Shown piece by piece: positions 37,657 to 47,613 of a DNA stretch of 64,000 bases (its first letter is position 1; every line of letters starts with the position of its first letter). The stretch is from Calditrichia bacterium (lineage in GTDB: Bacteria > Calditrichota > Calditrichia > RBG-13-44-9 > J075), in NCBI GenBank assembly GCA_050633245.1, contig JBOEGD010000001.1, positions 240,463 through 304,462 of the forward strand. Direction: 5' to 3'. Made by a program: the position numbers and the translations under genes. The notes under the pieces were generated by a model. It did not search any database, was not told the origin of the DNA, and was given only the letters and a program-made list of their open reading frames with translations.

Positions 37657-39906
37657 TTGAGCGAAAAAAATGAAGTGAACAAAGGATATGGGTTTGGCAC
37701 TGCGCCGGTCTTTCTGGCAGCTATCAGTACCATCTTAGGTGCCGTTCTATTTTTGCGTTTTGGATATGCCGTGGCACATACCGGTATGTTTGGTGCGATC
37801 GCGATCATTTTTATCGGACACTGCATTACCATCCCCACGGCGCTTGCTATTGCCGAAATAGCAACTAACTTGAAAGTTGAGGGTGGGGGAGAATATTATA
37901 TTATCAGCCGGTCCTTTGGCAGCATGGTTGGTGGAACGATTGGCCTATCGCTTTACTTCTCTCAGGCGATCTCTGTTGCGTTTTATATGATCGCGTTCTC
38001 AGAGGCTTTTAGACCCCTTTTTGGTGTGATTGAGGGGCATGTTGGTTTTGGTATTGAAAATTGGATGATCGGAGTTCCCGCCACGCTACTTCTGCTTGTT
38101 TTGATTCTGACCAAGGGGGCAAACCTTGGTGTGACTGCTCTTTGGGGCGTGTCAGCTATTCTTGCAGTTTCGCTATTTATGTTCTTTTTTGGCGAGTCGA
38201 CCGCACCACCAGCGGAGGTTTTACCATTTGCAAAGGTTTCCAATCCCGATAACTTCTTTATCGTTTTTGCAATTATTTTTCCTGCTTTTACCGGAATGAC
38301 TGCCGGTGTCGGGCTTTCCGGAGATCTGAAGAACCCGCGAAAATCTATTCCGCTTGGAACACTTTCGGCAACACTTGCCGGAATGTTGGTCTATATATTA
38401 ATCGTCTTGAAATTCTGCTACAGCCTAACGCCGGAAGATATGGCAGCCGATCAGTTTGCCATGAGCAAGATTGCAGTCTGGGGCCCGATCATTCCCATTG
38501 GACTCGCGGCAGCCTCTTTATCATCTGCAATTGGCTCGATTCTTATTGCACCCAGAACCATGCAGGCGCTCAGCGCAGATAATATCTTACCCTTCCCTCG
38601 TCTGAATGCGCTGCTTAGTAGCGGTAAGGGAGAGGCTAATGAACCGGTTAAAGCGACTTTGGTAACCGCCGGCCTCATCCTTGTCTTTGTTTCTATGGGT
38701 AGCGTAGACTTCGTTGCTCAAATAATTAGTATGTTTTTTATGATCACCTACGGATCACTGTGCTTAGTTAGCTTTTTGGAGCATTTCGCCGGCAATCCTT
38801 CCTATCGTCCCACCTTCCGCTCAAAATGGTATGTCTCCCTTTTAGGGGCAATCGGCTGCTTCGTAATGATGTTTCAGATGGCACCACTTTACGCATTTAT
38901 GGCGATTGTTTCGATTATAATTATCTATCTAACGCTGCGTGGAACCGGTGAAGGTGGCGATGATCTTTCGACGATGATCAAAGGAGTGCTGTTTCAGCTT
39001 ACCAGACGTTTACAGGTGCTTATCCAGGGCAGAAATACCGAGGTTAGTCGCAGTGGCAACTGGCGACCTTCGTTTATTGCGATCTCTGCCAACTCATTTA
39101 CGCGTCTTGCCCCATTCGACCTGTTGCGCTGGATTTCACACTACTACGGATTTGGAACTTTTATCCACTTCATTCGCGGTGGGCTGAATGCGGAAACGAA
39201 TCGGGAATCTGTTCAGAAACTCGATCAGCTTATCGAGCAGGCACGTGCGAGCCAGGCCGGGATCTATGTCGATACTATCATTTCGCCCAGTTTCAAAACA
39301 GCTGTAGCGCAAATTGTGCAAATCCCCGGCATTTCCGGAATGGATAACAATAGCGTGCTATTCGAATTTCTTGAAAATGATCGCGATGCAATTCCGGATA
39401 TCATCGACGGTTGTCAATTTGCCGCTTTTGTCGACTTTACTATCTGCGTACTCCGTTCCTCAGAACGGCGCTTCGGCTATAAGAAAAAGATCCATATTTG
39501 GCTTACCAAAGGCGATATACGCAATGCCAATCTGATGATTTTACTAGCATATATTATGGTGGGGCATCCGGAGTGGAAAGGTTGCGATATTGAAATATTC
39601 GCAACTTATCATCGAGATAATAAATCGAATCAGGTCGGTATAGGTCGCCTCTATCATTTAATTGATGAAGGCCGTATTCCGATTGCGCGTAAAAATGTTC
39701 AGCGTATTAGTTGGGACAAAAATAAGCGTGACTATGAAGACTTGGTAAGCGAGCACTCGGAAGGCGCAGATTTAGTTATTATGGGATTCTCTCTGGATAC
39801 GCTGGTTGTTGAGAAGGGGGATTATTTTACGCGATTTGAAAAGATTAAGGATATTCTTTTCGTACGAGCCGGCGAGAAAATTGCGATCGCTGAGGAGACC
39901 ATTTAG
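37657..39906 (+). CDS. APC-superfamily permease, cation-chloride cotransporter (SLC12)-like, with C-terminal cytoplasmic domain
   Basis: ISTILGAVLFLR, GGGEYYIISRS, FPAFTG..AG..LSGDLKNP..SIP.GT, PSYRPTF, NWRP; about 12 TMs. TTG start with GGAG. Confidence 0.88.
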   Translation: MSEKNEVNKGYGFGTAPVFLAAISTILGAVLFLRFGYAVAHTGMFGAIAIIFIGHCITIPTALAIAEIATNLKVEGGGEYYIISRSFGSMVGGTIGLSLYFSQAISVAFYMIAFSEAFRPLFGVIEGHVGFGIENWMIGVPATLLLLVLILTKGANLGVTALWGVSAILAVSLFMFFFGESTAPPAEVLPFAKVSNPDNFFIVFAIIFPAFTGMTAGVGLSGDLKNPRKSIPLGTLSATLAGMLVYILIVLKFCYSLTPEDMAADQFAMSKIAVWGPIIPIGLAAASLSSAIGSILIAPRTMQALSADNILPFPRLNALLSSGKGEANEPVKATLVTAGLILVFVSMGSVDFVAQIISMFFMITYGSLCLVSFLEHFAGNPSYRPTFRSKWYVSLLGAIGCFVMMFQMAPLYAFMAIVSIIIIYLTLRGTGEGGDDLSTMIKGVLFQLTRRLQVLIQGRNTEVSRSGNWRPSFIAISANSFTRLAPFDLLRWISHYYGFGTFIHFIRGGLNAETNRESVQKLDQLIEQARASQAGIYVDTIISPSFKTAVAQIVQIPGISGMDNNSVLFEFLENDRDAIPDIIDGCQFAAFVDFTICVLRSSERRFGYKKKIHIWLTKGDIRNANLMILLAYIMVGHPEWKGCDIEIFATYHRDNKSNQVGIGRLYHLIDEGRIPIARKNVQRISWDKNKRDYEDLVSEHSEGADLVIMGFSLDTLVVEKGDYFTRFEKIKDILFVRAGEKIAIAEETI

Positions 39907-39908
39907 TT

Positions 39909-40457
39909 ATGTCTGGCACCGACAAACAAATCTCAAAGTTTCTCAGTCTTATTCTGCGGCATCGCCCGCAGGTTGTTGGCATAGTGCTTGAAAAAGATGG
40001 CTGGGTAAAAGTCGAGACGCTTCTTGAAGCATTGGAGAAACAAAAGCGCGGTATAAGCTTGAGCGATATACAGCGGGTCGTGGCAGAGAATGACAAGCAG
40101 CGCTTTGCATTTAGTGAAGATGGCTTACGTATACGTGCCAATCAGGGGCACTCTGTAAAGGTTCAACTTAACCATCCTGTTGCCCAACCGCCGGAGAAGC
40201 TTTTTCACGGAACGGCAACCAAGTTTCTCAATACAATTTTGCGGGATGGATTGCGAAAGATGAAGCGACATCATGTTCATTTGTCCGCTTCAATAGAAAC
40301 GGCTTCAAAGGTGGGCGTTCGGCATGGCGAACTGGTTCTCTTACAGGTTGAGTCTGGAAAAATGAGTCTTGACGGGCACGTTTTTTATTGTTCGGCAAAC
40401 GGTGTCTGGTTGGTAGATCATGTACCGCCACAATATCTGAGTTTGCTGGATGTCTAG
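39909..40457 (+). CDS. kptA: RNA 2'-phosphotransferase (Tpt1/KptA)
   Basis: SKFLSLILRH, DKQRF, IRANQGHS, LFHGT, RHHVHLS, NGVWL..VPP. Confidence 0.96.
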   Translation: MSGTDKQISKFLSLILRHRPQVVGIVLEKDGWVKVETLLEALEKQKRGISLSDIQRVVAENDKQRFAFSEDGLRIRANQGHSVKVQLNHPVAQPPEKLFHGTATKFLNTILRDGLRKMKRHHVHLSASIETASKVGVRHGELVLLQVESGKMSLDGHVFYCSANGVWLVDHVPPQYLSLLDV

Positions 40458-40942
40458 TTCACTCGGGCTTGAAGCTCATTGAGTGAAGCAACGGCCGGCG
40501 AATAGTCTGGATTATAGCGAAGTGCTTCCCGATACTCTCTTATCGCCAGAGGCCACAGACCCTGCTGTTCATAGACACGTGCGAGGTTTACATAAGCGTA
40601 TTCGGGCGTTGCGTAGCGACGTGCGTTTCGTGCATCCTCAAACCAACAAACGGCCTCATCCAATCTGTCTAACTCAAGCAGGTAACAGCCAATATCATTG
40701 TATGGATTTCCATAGTCCGGGTCAATTTCAATAGCGAGCTTACATTCCTCTATGGCATCTTCATAACGATCGATACAGCTGTAGGACCAGCCAAGAAAGG
40801 TATGTCCTTCGGCAGTTGCCTCAATATCCAATGAGCGCTGATAGTAAAATATGGCTTCATTGTATTCTCCCTTAAGCTGAAACTTATATGCCAGCTGAAA
40901 AAGTCTCAGTGCTTCAGGAGTCATCTCGCAATCTAAAAGCAT
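40454..40942 (-). CDS. TPR repeat protein
   Basis: Four TPR-like repeats (TAEGHTFLGW, DPDYGNPYNDIG, YAYVNLARVY). Confidence 0.88.
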   Translation of the reverse strand: MLLDCEMTPEALRLFQLAYKFQLKGEYNEAIFYYQRSLDIEATAEGHTFLGWSYSCIDRYEDAIEECKLAIEIDPDYGNPYNDIGCYLLELDRLDEAVCWFEDARNARRYATPEYAYVNLARVYEQQGLWPLAIREYREALRYNPDYSPAVASLNELQARVN

Positions 40943-41055
40943 TTTACCGTTCCGTTGGTTGAACTAAAGAACTTACATAAGAAATATACAAAACATTTTA
41001 AAAAAGGCGAATGTTTCACGGAATAACTTATTCAGTAGCGAGAAGCAAGGTGTAA

Positions 41056-41167
41056 ATTGCCTATTGCCTATTGCCTATTGCCTATTGCCTATTGCCTATT
41101 GCCTATTGCCTATTGCCTATTGCCTATTGCCTATTGCCTATTGCCTATTGCCTATTGCCTATTGCCT
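41056..41167. repeat. Heptamer tandem repeat (ATTGCCT)x16
   Basis: Perfect 7-bp unit spanning 112 bp, intergenic between divergent genes. Confidence 0.97.
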
Positions 41168-41232
41168 TTTCATCTCTAGAACTCAGAACTATATTTACGA
41201 ACTATTCCCGCGTCCAAAATAAGAGGAAGAAA

Positions 41233-41676
41233 ATGAATACCACCGGAAAACTCGAAGCAATCTGGATAAAGCGCGTCAGGCGAGGGCTTATGGATAGTAA
41301 ACCCACAGCAAAACTCATAACCAATCACGGACTGGAGGGCAATGCCAATCAGGGCGGGCGAAGGCAGGTGACGTTGATAGAAAAGGAAGTGTGGCAGGCT
41401 GTTATGGAGAGGCTGGGAGCCGAGCTCGATCCATCTACACGGAGGGCCAACTTAATGGTCAGCAATTTTCCCTTGCAGGATAGTCGTGGAAAGATAGTCA
41501 AAATAGGCAACTGCCTTTTGGAGATTATGGGTGAGACCAAGCCGTGCAATTTAATGGATGAGAGTTTGATGGGTTTAAAAGACATGCTTTATGCAAACTG
41601 GGGTGGGGGAGCATTTGCCAAAGTACTTAATGATGGCGAGATATCAGTTGGAGATACCATCGAGTGGAAAGAGTGA
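41233..41676 (+). CDS. MOSC domain protein
   Basis: GLEGN..RRQVTLI, RRANL, ETKPC..M, GG..AKVL..GEI.VGD. GAGG RBS before ATG 41233. Confidence 0.92.
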   Translation: MNTTGKLEAIWIKRVRRGLMDSKPTAKLITNHGLEGNANQGGRRQVTLIEKEVWQAVMERLGAELDPSTRRANLMVSNFPLQDSRGKIVKIGNCLLEIMGETKPCNLMDESLMGLKDMLYANWGGGAFAKVLNDGEISVGDTIEWKE

Positions 41677-41750
41677 ATGTTGCACAATTTTGAGCAACAT
41701 CACTGCACCCGCTATTTATAGAGGGCATATTACAATCAATAAACACAGGG

Positions 41751-42092
41751 ATGACTATGCCATTTGTTGAGATTGATGGAAAAATGCGCGCAGTAATGAA
41801 CTATCAGCGCGCAAGTGAAGACGATGCAATATTACTGCAGGAGTTAACTCAGAGCGAGAATCTTCAGTATGCTTCACTAAAAAACAATGGACGTTCAGAC
41901 GATTCAATCTTTGCCCTTCTTTTCTCTGCCGATGATGATGACACACTTCCGGAAATTCGCGTTAATATTGATATACTCACCAAAAGACAGCTTTCTGCAC
42001 TTATTAGCCAACGCCTCGATACCTCACTACAAACGCTTACCCGTATGAATAAGACTGATTTGGTAAAGCTGCTTCTTTCATTGGGAAAATGA
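41751..42092 (+). CDS. Hypothetical protein; C-terminus resembles a Rho-N-like helix-extension-helix
   Basis: ORF with RBS-like AGGG; C-terminus LTKRQL..LTRMNKTDLVKLL. Confidence 0.6.
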   Translation: MTMPFVEIDGKMRAVMNYQRASEDDAILLQELTQSENLQYASLKNNGRSDDSIFALLFSADDDDTLPEIRVNIDILTKRQLSALISQRLDTSLQTLTRMNKTDLVKLLLSLGK

Positions 42093-42289
42093 CAATTATC
42101 CAAACGAGTATAGATTTATCTAACCTGCTTCGTCAGATACTTTGAGCTGTCGAGCAAGTTCATGACCTGAAAAAAGCATACGCCAGGGCAGCTTACTAAA
42201 TTCTTCATAGGTTCTCTGAAGCAAAGCGCCAGCCTGAAAGGGGTTTTTTCCGGCGGCAGAACAGCTTGCTGAAACGCTATAAGTGGTGA

Positions 42290-43054
42290 TTATCGCCAGT
42301 GCGGATGACCCTCGTTGACTCCCGACTCGTCTAAAAATACCTCTACAGAAAAATTATCCTGCATGTCAATTAAGTAAAGCCCGCTTTCGTTGCCGAGAAC
42401 AGTAGTGAGGATAAACTGGCCATCGGCATTCATAACGAAAGGTCGAATAAGGCCGTTAACTGCCCTGGTAAAGCAAATCTTTGATCGATCGGATGAAAGA
42501 TGCGGATGCGTTTCATTTTCTAGTGTTGCCGTCAAGCGAATTTGATTGTTGCCGTTTCCATCCATAATGTAGATGTCATCGGAACCGTTTTGATTACTCA
42601 AAAAAACAATGCGTTGGCCAGAATTACCTTGTTGAAAAGTGCCGTTAATAATAACCGTTCCGGTATGATTAACGGGTATGAGCGTAATATCAAGAATTAT
42701 CGTTTGACTCGCTTCAACGTTTGTAAATGCCTCTCCCCGATATGTGAGAACGCCATTGGAGTCGTAAACAAATATTTCGAATTTACGATTTAGACCGCTG
42801 GGGATGTCGGCAATCGTGCCACTAACTAATGTTGGAGTCACGGTCAATGCTTGGCGAATGGTATCCATGTCAACAGCACTTACCACAGCCTCTGCGGAAG
42901 AAACAAGCGATTGTATCTCTGGTGGAACGGCAAAGGCAAGGGACGTATTTGACATCTCGTCAGTTGGTGCTGATGATATAGTGCCACTGTCATTCGAACA
43001 GCTTATGGCTAAACAGATACACAATACACAAAGCAAATGGATTACCCGGTGCAT
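42290..43054 (-). CDS. Lipoprotein with short TolB/PD40-like repeat region
   Basis: Lipobox CLAISC; RIVFLSNQNG..DIYIMDGNG..RLT, HPHLSSDRSKICF, final HPHW. AAGGAG RBS before ATG 43054. Confidence 0.7.
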   Translation of the reverse strand: MHRVIHLLCVLCICLAISCSNDSGTISSAPTDEMSNTSLAFAVPPEIQSLVSSAEAVVSAVDMDTIRQALTVTPTLVSGTIADIPSGLNRKFEIFVYDSNGVLTYRGEAFTNVEASQTIILDITLIPVNHTGTVIINGTFQQGNSGQRIVFLSNQNGSDDIYIMDGNGNNQIRLTATLENETHPHLSSDRSKICFTRAVNGLIRPFVMNADGQFILTTVLGNESGLYLIDMQDNFSVEVFLDESGVNEGHPHWR

Positions 43055-43241
43055 GGCAGGATGCTCCTTCTGGGATGTCATATATATGTAGTTTCTAATA
43101 ACTGGGAGGACTTAAAAAAAATAGATATCTGAGAGATGTCAATGCAAAATTCTACATGGGGGCTGTTGCTTCTGGTAAGAATATCTACTATCTTTTAGCG
43201 CTCTGACAAGATGAGGGCTTTAAGCATTTTTTGGGGGGGCT

Positions 43242-44011
43242 ATGGGACTTGTTCTAACGATTGAGCGAAAACTAAAGCGGATTTTTAAGGTATTTAAAGG
43301 GACGTATTTTACTGTAGGAAAAGTTGGTGCTCCGTTGAAAGGTGACTACTGGGATTCGGTATTTTATACAGAAGGCGTGAGTGACGCGAAACCATAAGCA
43401 GTAAAAAAGGTGAGTACTCAGCTAAGCACCATTATGCCTCGGTAGAAATGCATTTATTGCGACAATTTGTAAACCATAATATCTCCGGCTTCAAAAGTTT
43501 GCTCGATATTGGTAGCGGAGCTGGTCATTGGATAGATTTCTATCGTAGCCTCGGCGTGGAAAAAGCAATCGGAATCGAGGTCTCAGCGAATTGTGTTGAG
43601 CATTTGAATCAAAAGTATGCCGGTGACGAAAACGTTTCGTTTTATCTGGGAGCCACTTTCGATGTGTTTGAAAAAGAAACGCTTCCGCAGTTTGACCAGA
43701 TCAGCGGAATCGGAGTGCTCTTTCATATTGTCGATGACAAGGAATTGATTGCCTGTCTGGAACATTTCTATAAGCACCTCGAGCCTGGAGGCTATTTGAT
43801 TGTTGGTAGTAACTTTGGACACTGGCCAATGAACATCAATACGCAGGTAAAGTTTGGAAAAATCGTGAACAAACGTTTGCGCAGTCGCTACTGATGGAAG
43901 CGCAACTTAAAAAAGCTGGGCTTCAGTAACATTCGCATGCAGTATAATTCTGCCTATGCTTTTATTAATGATCGAACGCCTGAAAACAGTCTTTTAATAT
44001 GTCAAAAATAA
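43242..44011 (+). pseudogene. Class I SAM-dependent methyltransferase with frameshift and in-frame stop
   Basis: MGLVLT..SDAKP* from 43242 continues in another frame as TISSKK..SVEMHLL; motif LLDIGSGAG, VLFHIVDD; TGA at 43892-43894 is followed in frame by WKRNLKKLGF..PENSLLICQK* ending 44011. Confidence 0.8.
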
Positions 44012-44532
44012 CAGACTCTGAATTTATATCCGATCTCTCGACTCATCACGTTGCCCTTGAAGCTTCTACAAGTCACGTTTTGGAAACGATTGCGGTTATT
44101 CCGAATAATCTTCATTATGTGAAACCGGAAACGGGTTGGAGTGTAGCGCAAATACTGACCCACCTTTGTGAAACAGAAAAATTTAGCTTGAAAACTTTAC
44201 AGGCAACCGGAAAATCAACTGAGGGTCGACCACCAGATGAATGGGTTCGCAAACTGGAAAAAGCGCTGCTTCGGAGAGATCGAGAATATTCTGCTCCGCA
44301 AGTAACGCTTCCGAACGAGAAAAATGCTATAGAGCCTGACCTTAAAAGATTTAGCGATTATCGCCGGGAAATGCATGTAATTATCGATCAGTTTGATCTC
44401 ACTGAAACCTGTGCGCAAAGTCCCCACCCGGTTGTAGGCTATATGACGCGCATTGAATGGATTTACTTTACCGTATTTCACGGTTATCGCCATGCCGAAC
44501 AGATGCGGCTGGTTGCAGAAACGAGCAGTTAG
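43999..44532 (+). CDS. DinB family protein
   Basis: KPETGWSVAQILTHL, HPVVGYMTRIEW...H..RH.EQ. Confidence 0.88.
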   Translation: MSKITDSEFISDLSTHHVALEASTSHVLETIAVIPNNLHYVKPETGWSVAQILTHLCETEKFSLKTLQATGKSTEGRPPDEWVRKLEKALLRRDREYSAPQVTLPNEKNAIEPDLKRFSDYRREMHVIIDQFDLTETCAQSPHPVVGYMTRIEWIYFTVFHGYRHAEQMRLVAETSS

Positions 44533-44645
44533 AGCCTTCCCAAGGACACGCTATACTTATTGGTTTTACGAAAAATATGTCCATGATATGAAAACGTTGC
44601 TTGCTACATTGTGCGAGTGACGTCAGAAAACCTAAAGGTTAGTCG

Positions 44646-45083
44646 ATGGCAAATATTACAAAAAAAGAAATCGATGAGCTCGTCAATAACTTCCTGAATA
44701 AAAAGTTGCCGCGCTCTCGCTGGACGCATCAGGCGCATCTAATTGTGGGCACTGCAATGTACTTACGTTATGGTCTTGAAAAGGGCGTAGATATTATGCG
44801 CCATCGGGTTGTTCAATATAATGTGTCTTGCGGAGTGGAAAACACGCTGACCAGTGGCTATCATGAAACCATTACCGTTTTTTATATGATCATGATTTCC
44901 TATAAACTCCGAACCGTTGCCGGAGCATTTTCAGAAATGGGCAAATATTTACATATACTTAACAGTGAGCTCGCCAAGCCCGGAATTTTAGGAGAATTCT
45001 ATTCCAATTCGCTGCTTTGCTCTGAGGCTGCCCGAACCAACTGGGTCGATCCTGATTTGCAGCAATTGCCTCATAGCCTGTAG
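44646..45083 (+). CDS. Conserved hypothetical protein
   Basis: WTHQAHL, GYHETIT, YS..LL.S..AR..WV.PD motifs typical of a widespread uncharacterised family. Confidence 0.8.
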   Translation: MANITKKEIDELVNNFLNKKLPRSRWTHQAHLIVGTAMYLRYGLEKGVDIMRHRVVQYNVSCGVENTLTSGYHETITVFYMIMISYKLRTVAGAFSEMGKYLHILNSELAKPGILGEFYSNSLLCSEAARTNWVDPDLQQLPHSL

Positions 45084-45134
45084 GAGTATGCGGTAGCTAA
45101 AGGTAGGACTCGTGGAGTCTGTTGTATTGAGAGG

Positions 45135-45165
45135 AAAAAAAGCGACCTAATACAAGGCCGCTTTT
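45135..45165. terminator. Probable bidirectional terminator
   Basis: AAAAAAAGCGACCT-AATACA-AGGCCGCTTTT between convergent genes. Confidence 0.7.
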
Positions 45166-45170
45166 GTAAT

Positions 45171-45629
45171 TTAGTCGCGGTCTGGTTCTTCTGCTTCTTC
45201 CATTGAATCAGCAGACTTCTCCGTCTCTTTTTCCGGCTTGTTAATTACTTTGTCCAAAGATGGTGCATAGATGGCAATCGCTCTTCCTTTGCGATTTGCA
45301 GATGTTCCAAAGAGGAAAGAGGCGACTTTTGCGCCAGTGGTCGCATCTTTAATATCTCCCAACACAATTGCATTCGCTCCCAGTTTACCGGCCTCTTCCC
45401 GAAGCTTGTCGATCATTGCTCCTTCACTTGTTGTACCATCGTCACCTTTAGCGTTGAGAATTGCCAGGCGAGTGTGATCTGGCAAAGAGTCTGTCTCAAA
45501 AAAGACCTGGACGTATTCAGCTTTCATTATTCGACCAGTTGGGTTTGGTGCAAGGACAGATTTGCTAACGCTTAAACAGCTTGTAAATGTCAGTGAAAAC
45601 GCAATCAGTAATACCTGTAATTTTTTCAT
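45171..45629 (-). CDS. Lipoprotein of unknown function (YbjQ-like fold possible)
   Basis: Lipobox FTSC; KLREEAGKLGANAIV; GGGGAGG RBS. Confidence 0.8.
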   Translation of the reverse strand: MKKLQVLLIAFSLTFTSCLSVSKSVLAPNPTGRIMKAEYVQVFFETDSLPDHTRLAILNAKGDDGTTSEGAMIDKLREEAGKLGANAIVLGDIKDATTGAKVASFLFGTSANRKGRAIAIYAPSLDKVINKPEKETEKSADSMEEAEEPDRD

Positions 45630-45766
45630 AAATTCCTCCCCAGGAAATTAAATAAGTAGATGAAGTTGTTTGGAATAATTGGAATATAGTATCCATCTTA
45701 GCTGAATTGCGCAATGATTGCTACTCAGTTTACTTTTCGTCGCGGCAATCAGAACATGTGGTGAAT

Positions 45767-47602
45767 TTAGTTGGAGAGCCCTTGCCAGCGCCGCAGAACT
45801 GTCTCTTGTGCAGGTGATATGGTTTGCGGAAAAGTCATGACATGTCGATAGCGAAAGGTGAGGCTTTTAAGCGTAATATCGAACCGTTTCCTTCCACGCT
45901 TTATTCGCAAGTCGAAGCTGCTTCCTGCCGAGCGCTGCCGAACGCGTTCCAGCAGTGCATCCAGGTTGGCAGGCGTTGCTCGCCTTCGATCTATTTCCAG
46001 CACAACATCTCCACGCTTCAGCCCTTCGCTTGCCCGACGCTGATCGACCCAAACAATCTCGAGAGCTTTTTCTCCGGGAATGATTACAATTCCAGGATCT
46101 CCCTCGGTGCTTTCAGCGTCATCTGCTTCTTTGTATTGTAGGCCAATTCCAGCCAATACATCTCGCACCGGAAGGGGTTGGTTGCCAACAATATAGCTCT
46201 CAATAAAGTCTTCGAATTCCGGTCCGCTATATTCTTGCAGGATTCGAAAAAAACGCTCTTCGGGCAGCGGGCGATCGACACCGTAATCCAGGTGAAGATC
46301 GCGCAACACATCGCGCAGGCCGCGATTGCCAAACGTACGCTCAAGAAGATGGATGTCGAATAATGCAGCCACAAGTGCTCCACGGCTGTAAACACTCAGG
46401 TAATCCTTCTGTTGACGTTTTTTCTGTATGCTCATATTATAGAGACTGACCGAACCAGGAAAAAAATCTTCCTGAAAGAGCTTATCTCGGAAGTCTCTTC
46501 CAAGATAGTGATTAATCGTTTTGAGCCCGGCGTGTACCTGCAGCATGTCTGATGCCCACTCGGTGACACCTTCAAAAAACCATAGATGTCCTGAAGGACG
46601 TGCATTAAAAAGATTTGCATCATCCAGAGCATCACTGCGAATTGAAAAAGGAATGAAAAGGTGAAAGAACTCATGCGCGATAACATCCTGAACGCGTTGC
46701 CGAATATTGGCGAAGGGTGCGTCTTTAAAAACAAACGCAGAGCTATTGCGAAACTGTACGCCACCGGCATGTTTTTCATCAAAAATAAACAGCATTGTTG
46801 CGTTGTCTGTCGGCAATTCGCCCATAAAGTTGTGCGTTGCCCGAATTACGGCATCCACTGGTTCGAGCAAATCATCGCTGTGAATGGAATTGCTGCGCGA
46901 ATACGTATGCAGCGCAATATCGGCACCTAAAATACGCTCATTCTCCGAGCTTATGTTTCCCATTAGAATAGGTGTACTTATCGCAGTGCTGAAGTTTTTA
47001 CAAATGATAGTATTCTCATTCTGAAATGGCAGGGCCGTGCCAAAGCGCCAATGTGCGGGCGCTTTCAGCTCAATCGAAAATGCGGCATTCTCACGCCCCG
47101 ATATCAGACCAAAAATGCCCTTGCCGTTGATTAGCGCTAAATCTCGTTTTACCACGGTTCCTGCCATAGGATAAACCTGCGGCTCGAAAAGTTTTCCCCA
47201 GGTACCGGCTACCTCATAGTGAATGCTCTTTACGTCCTGTGGTCGTTCAATGATCCAGCGATACGGCCCGGCATTGCGGGTGAGTAGCTTAGTACCCGCG
47301 GAATCCATTGCGCTGAAGTTTTGAACATAATGTCGAAAATCACTCCCTGAGAATGCTCCTACAGCTGCAAAGATAAACTGGTTGTTGTGCGGCTTTAAAT
47401 CGCCGGTTTCCAGCGTGATGTAAAAACGATTTCTGGACGCATCTTTTACATCGACTGTATAGTGATAGGCTGGCTTTATAACAGGAAGAGCCTCTGCTGT
47501 TGTCTCTGGCTTTTGTTCGGCAGTAGCATTTATCGCGATTTGCTGCGTTGCGCAGCTCATTACGAGCAGAGGCAATAAGATGAAAAGAATTAAGCGAAGC
47601 AT
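45767..47602 (-). CDS. M61 family metallo-aminopeptidase with PDZ domain (lipoprotein)
   Basis: Lipobox VMSC; AHEFFH, LWFFEGVTEW, VYSRGAL; PDZ-like GLKRGDVVLEID. Confidence 0.88.
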   Translation of the reverse strand: MLRLILFILLPLLVMSCATQQIAINATAEQKPETTAEALPVIKPAYHYTVDVKDASRNRFYITLETGDLKPHNNQFIFAAVGAFSGSDFRHYVQNFSAMDSAGTKLLTRNAGPYRWIIERPQDVKSIHYEVAGTWGKLFEPQVYPMAGTVVKRDLALINGKGIFGLISGRENAAFSIELKAPAHWRFGTALPFQNENTIICKNFSTAISTPILMGNISSENERILGADIALHTYSRSNSIHSDDLLEPVDAVIRATHNFMGELPTDNATMLFIFDEKHAGGVQFRNSSAFVFKDAPFANIRQRVQDVIAHEFFHLFIPFSIRSDALDDANLFNARPSGHLWFFEGVTEWASDMLQVHAGLKTINHYLGRDFRDKLFQEDFFPGSVSLYNMSIQKKRQQKDYLSVYSRGALVAALFDIHLLERTFGNRGLRDVLRDLHLDYGVDRPLPEERFFRILQEYSGPEFEDFIESYIVGNQPLPVRDVLAGIGLQYKEADDAESTEGDPGIVIIPGEKALEIVWVDQRRASEGLKRGDVVLEIDRRRATPANLDALLERVRQRSAGSSFDLRIKRGRKRFDITLKSLTFRYRHVMTFPQTISPAQETVLRRWQGLSN

Positions 47603-47613
47603 GGAGTATACTT

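Noticed and set aside
41056-41167. Possible CRISPR array
   Set aside because: Contiguous 7-bp units with no spacers, and no cas genes in the window.
41071-41232. N-terminal (PIAYCLL)n extension of the MOSC ORF
   Set aside because: It is a translation of the ATTGCCT array; the real start with RBS is at 41233.
43892-43894. Selenocysteine or Trp recoding of the in-frame TGA
   Set aside because: No evident SECIS-like hairpin, not a catalytic Cys context, the gene also has a frameshift, and TGA is used as a normal stop elsewhere.
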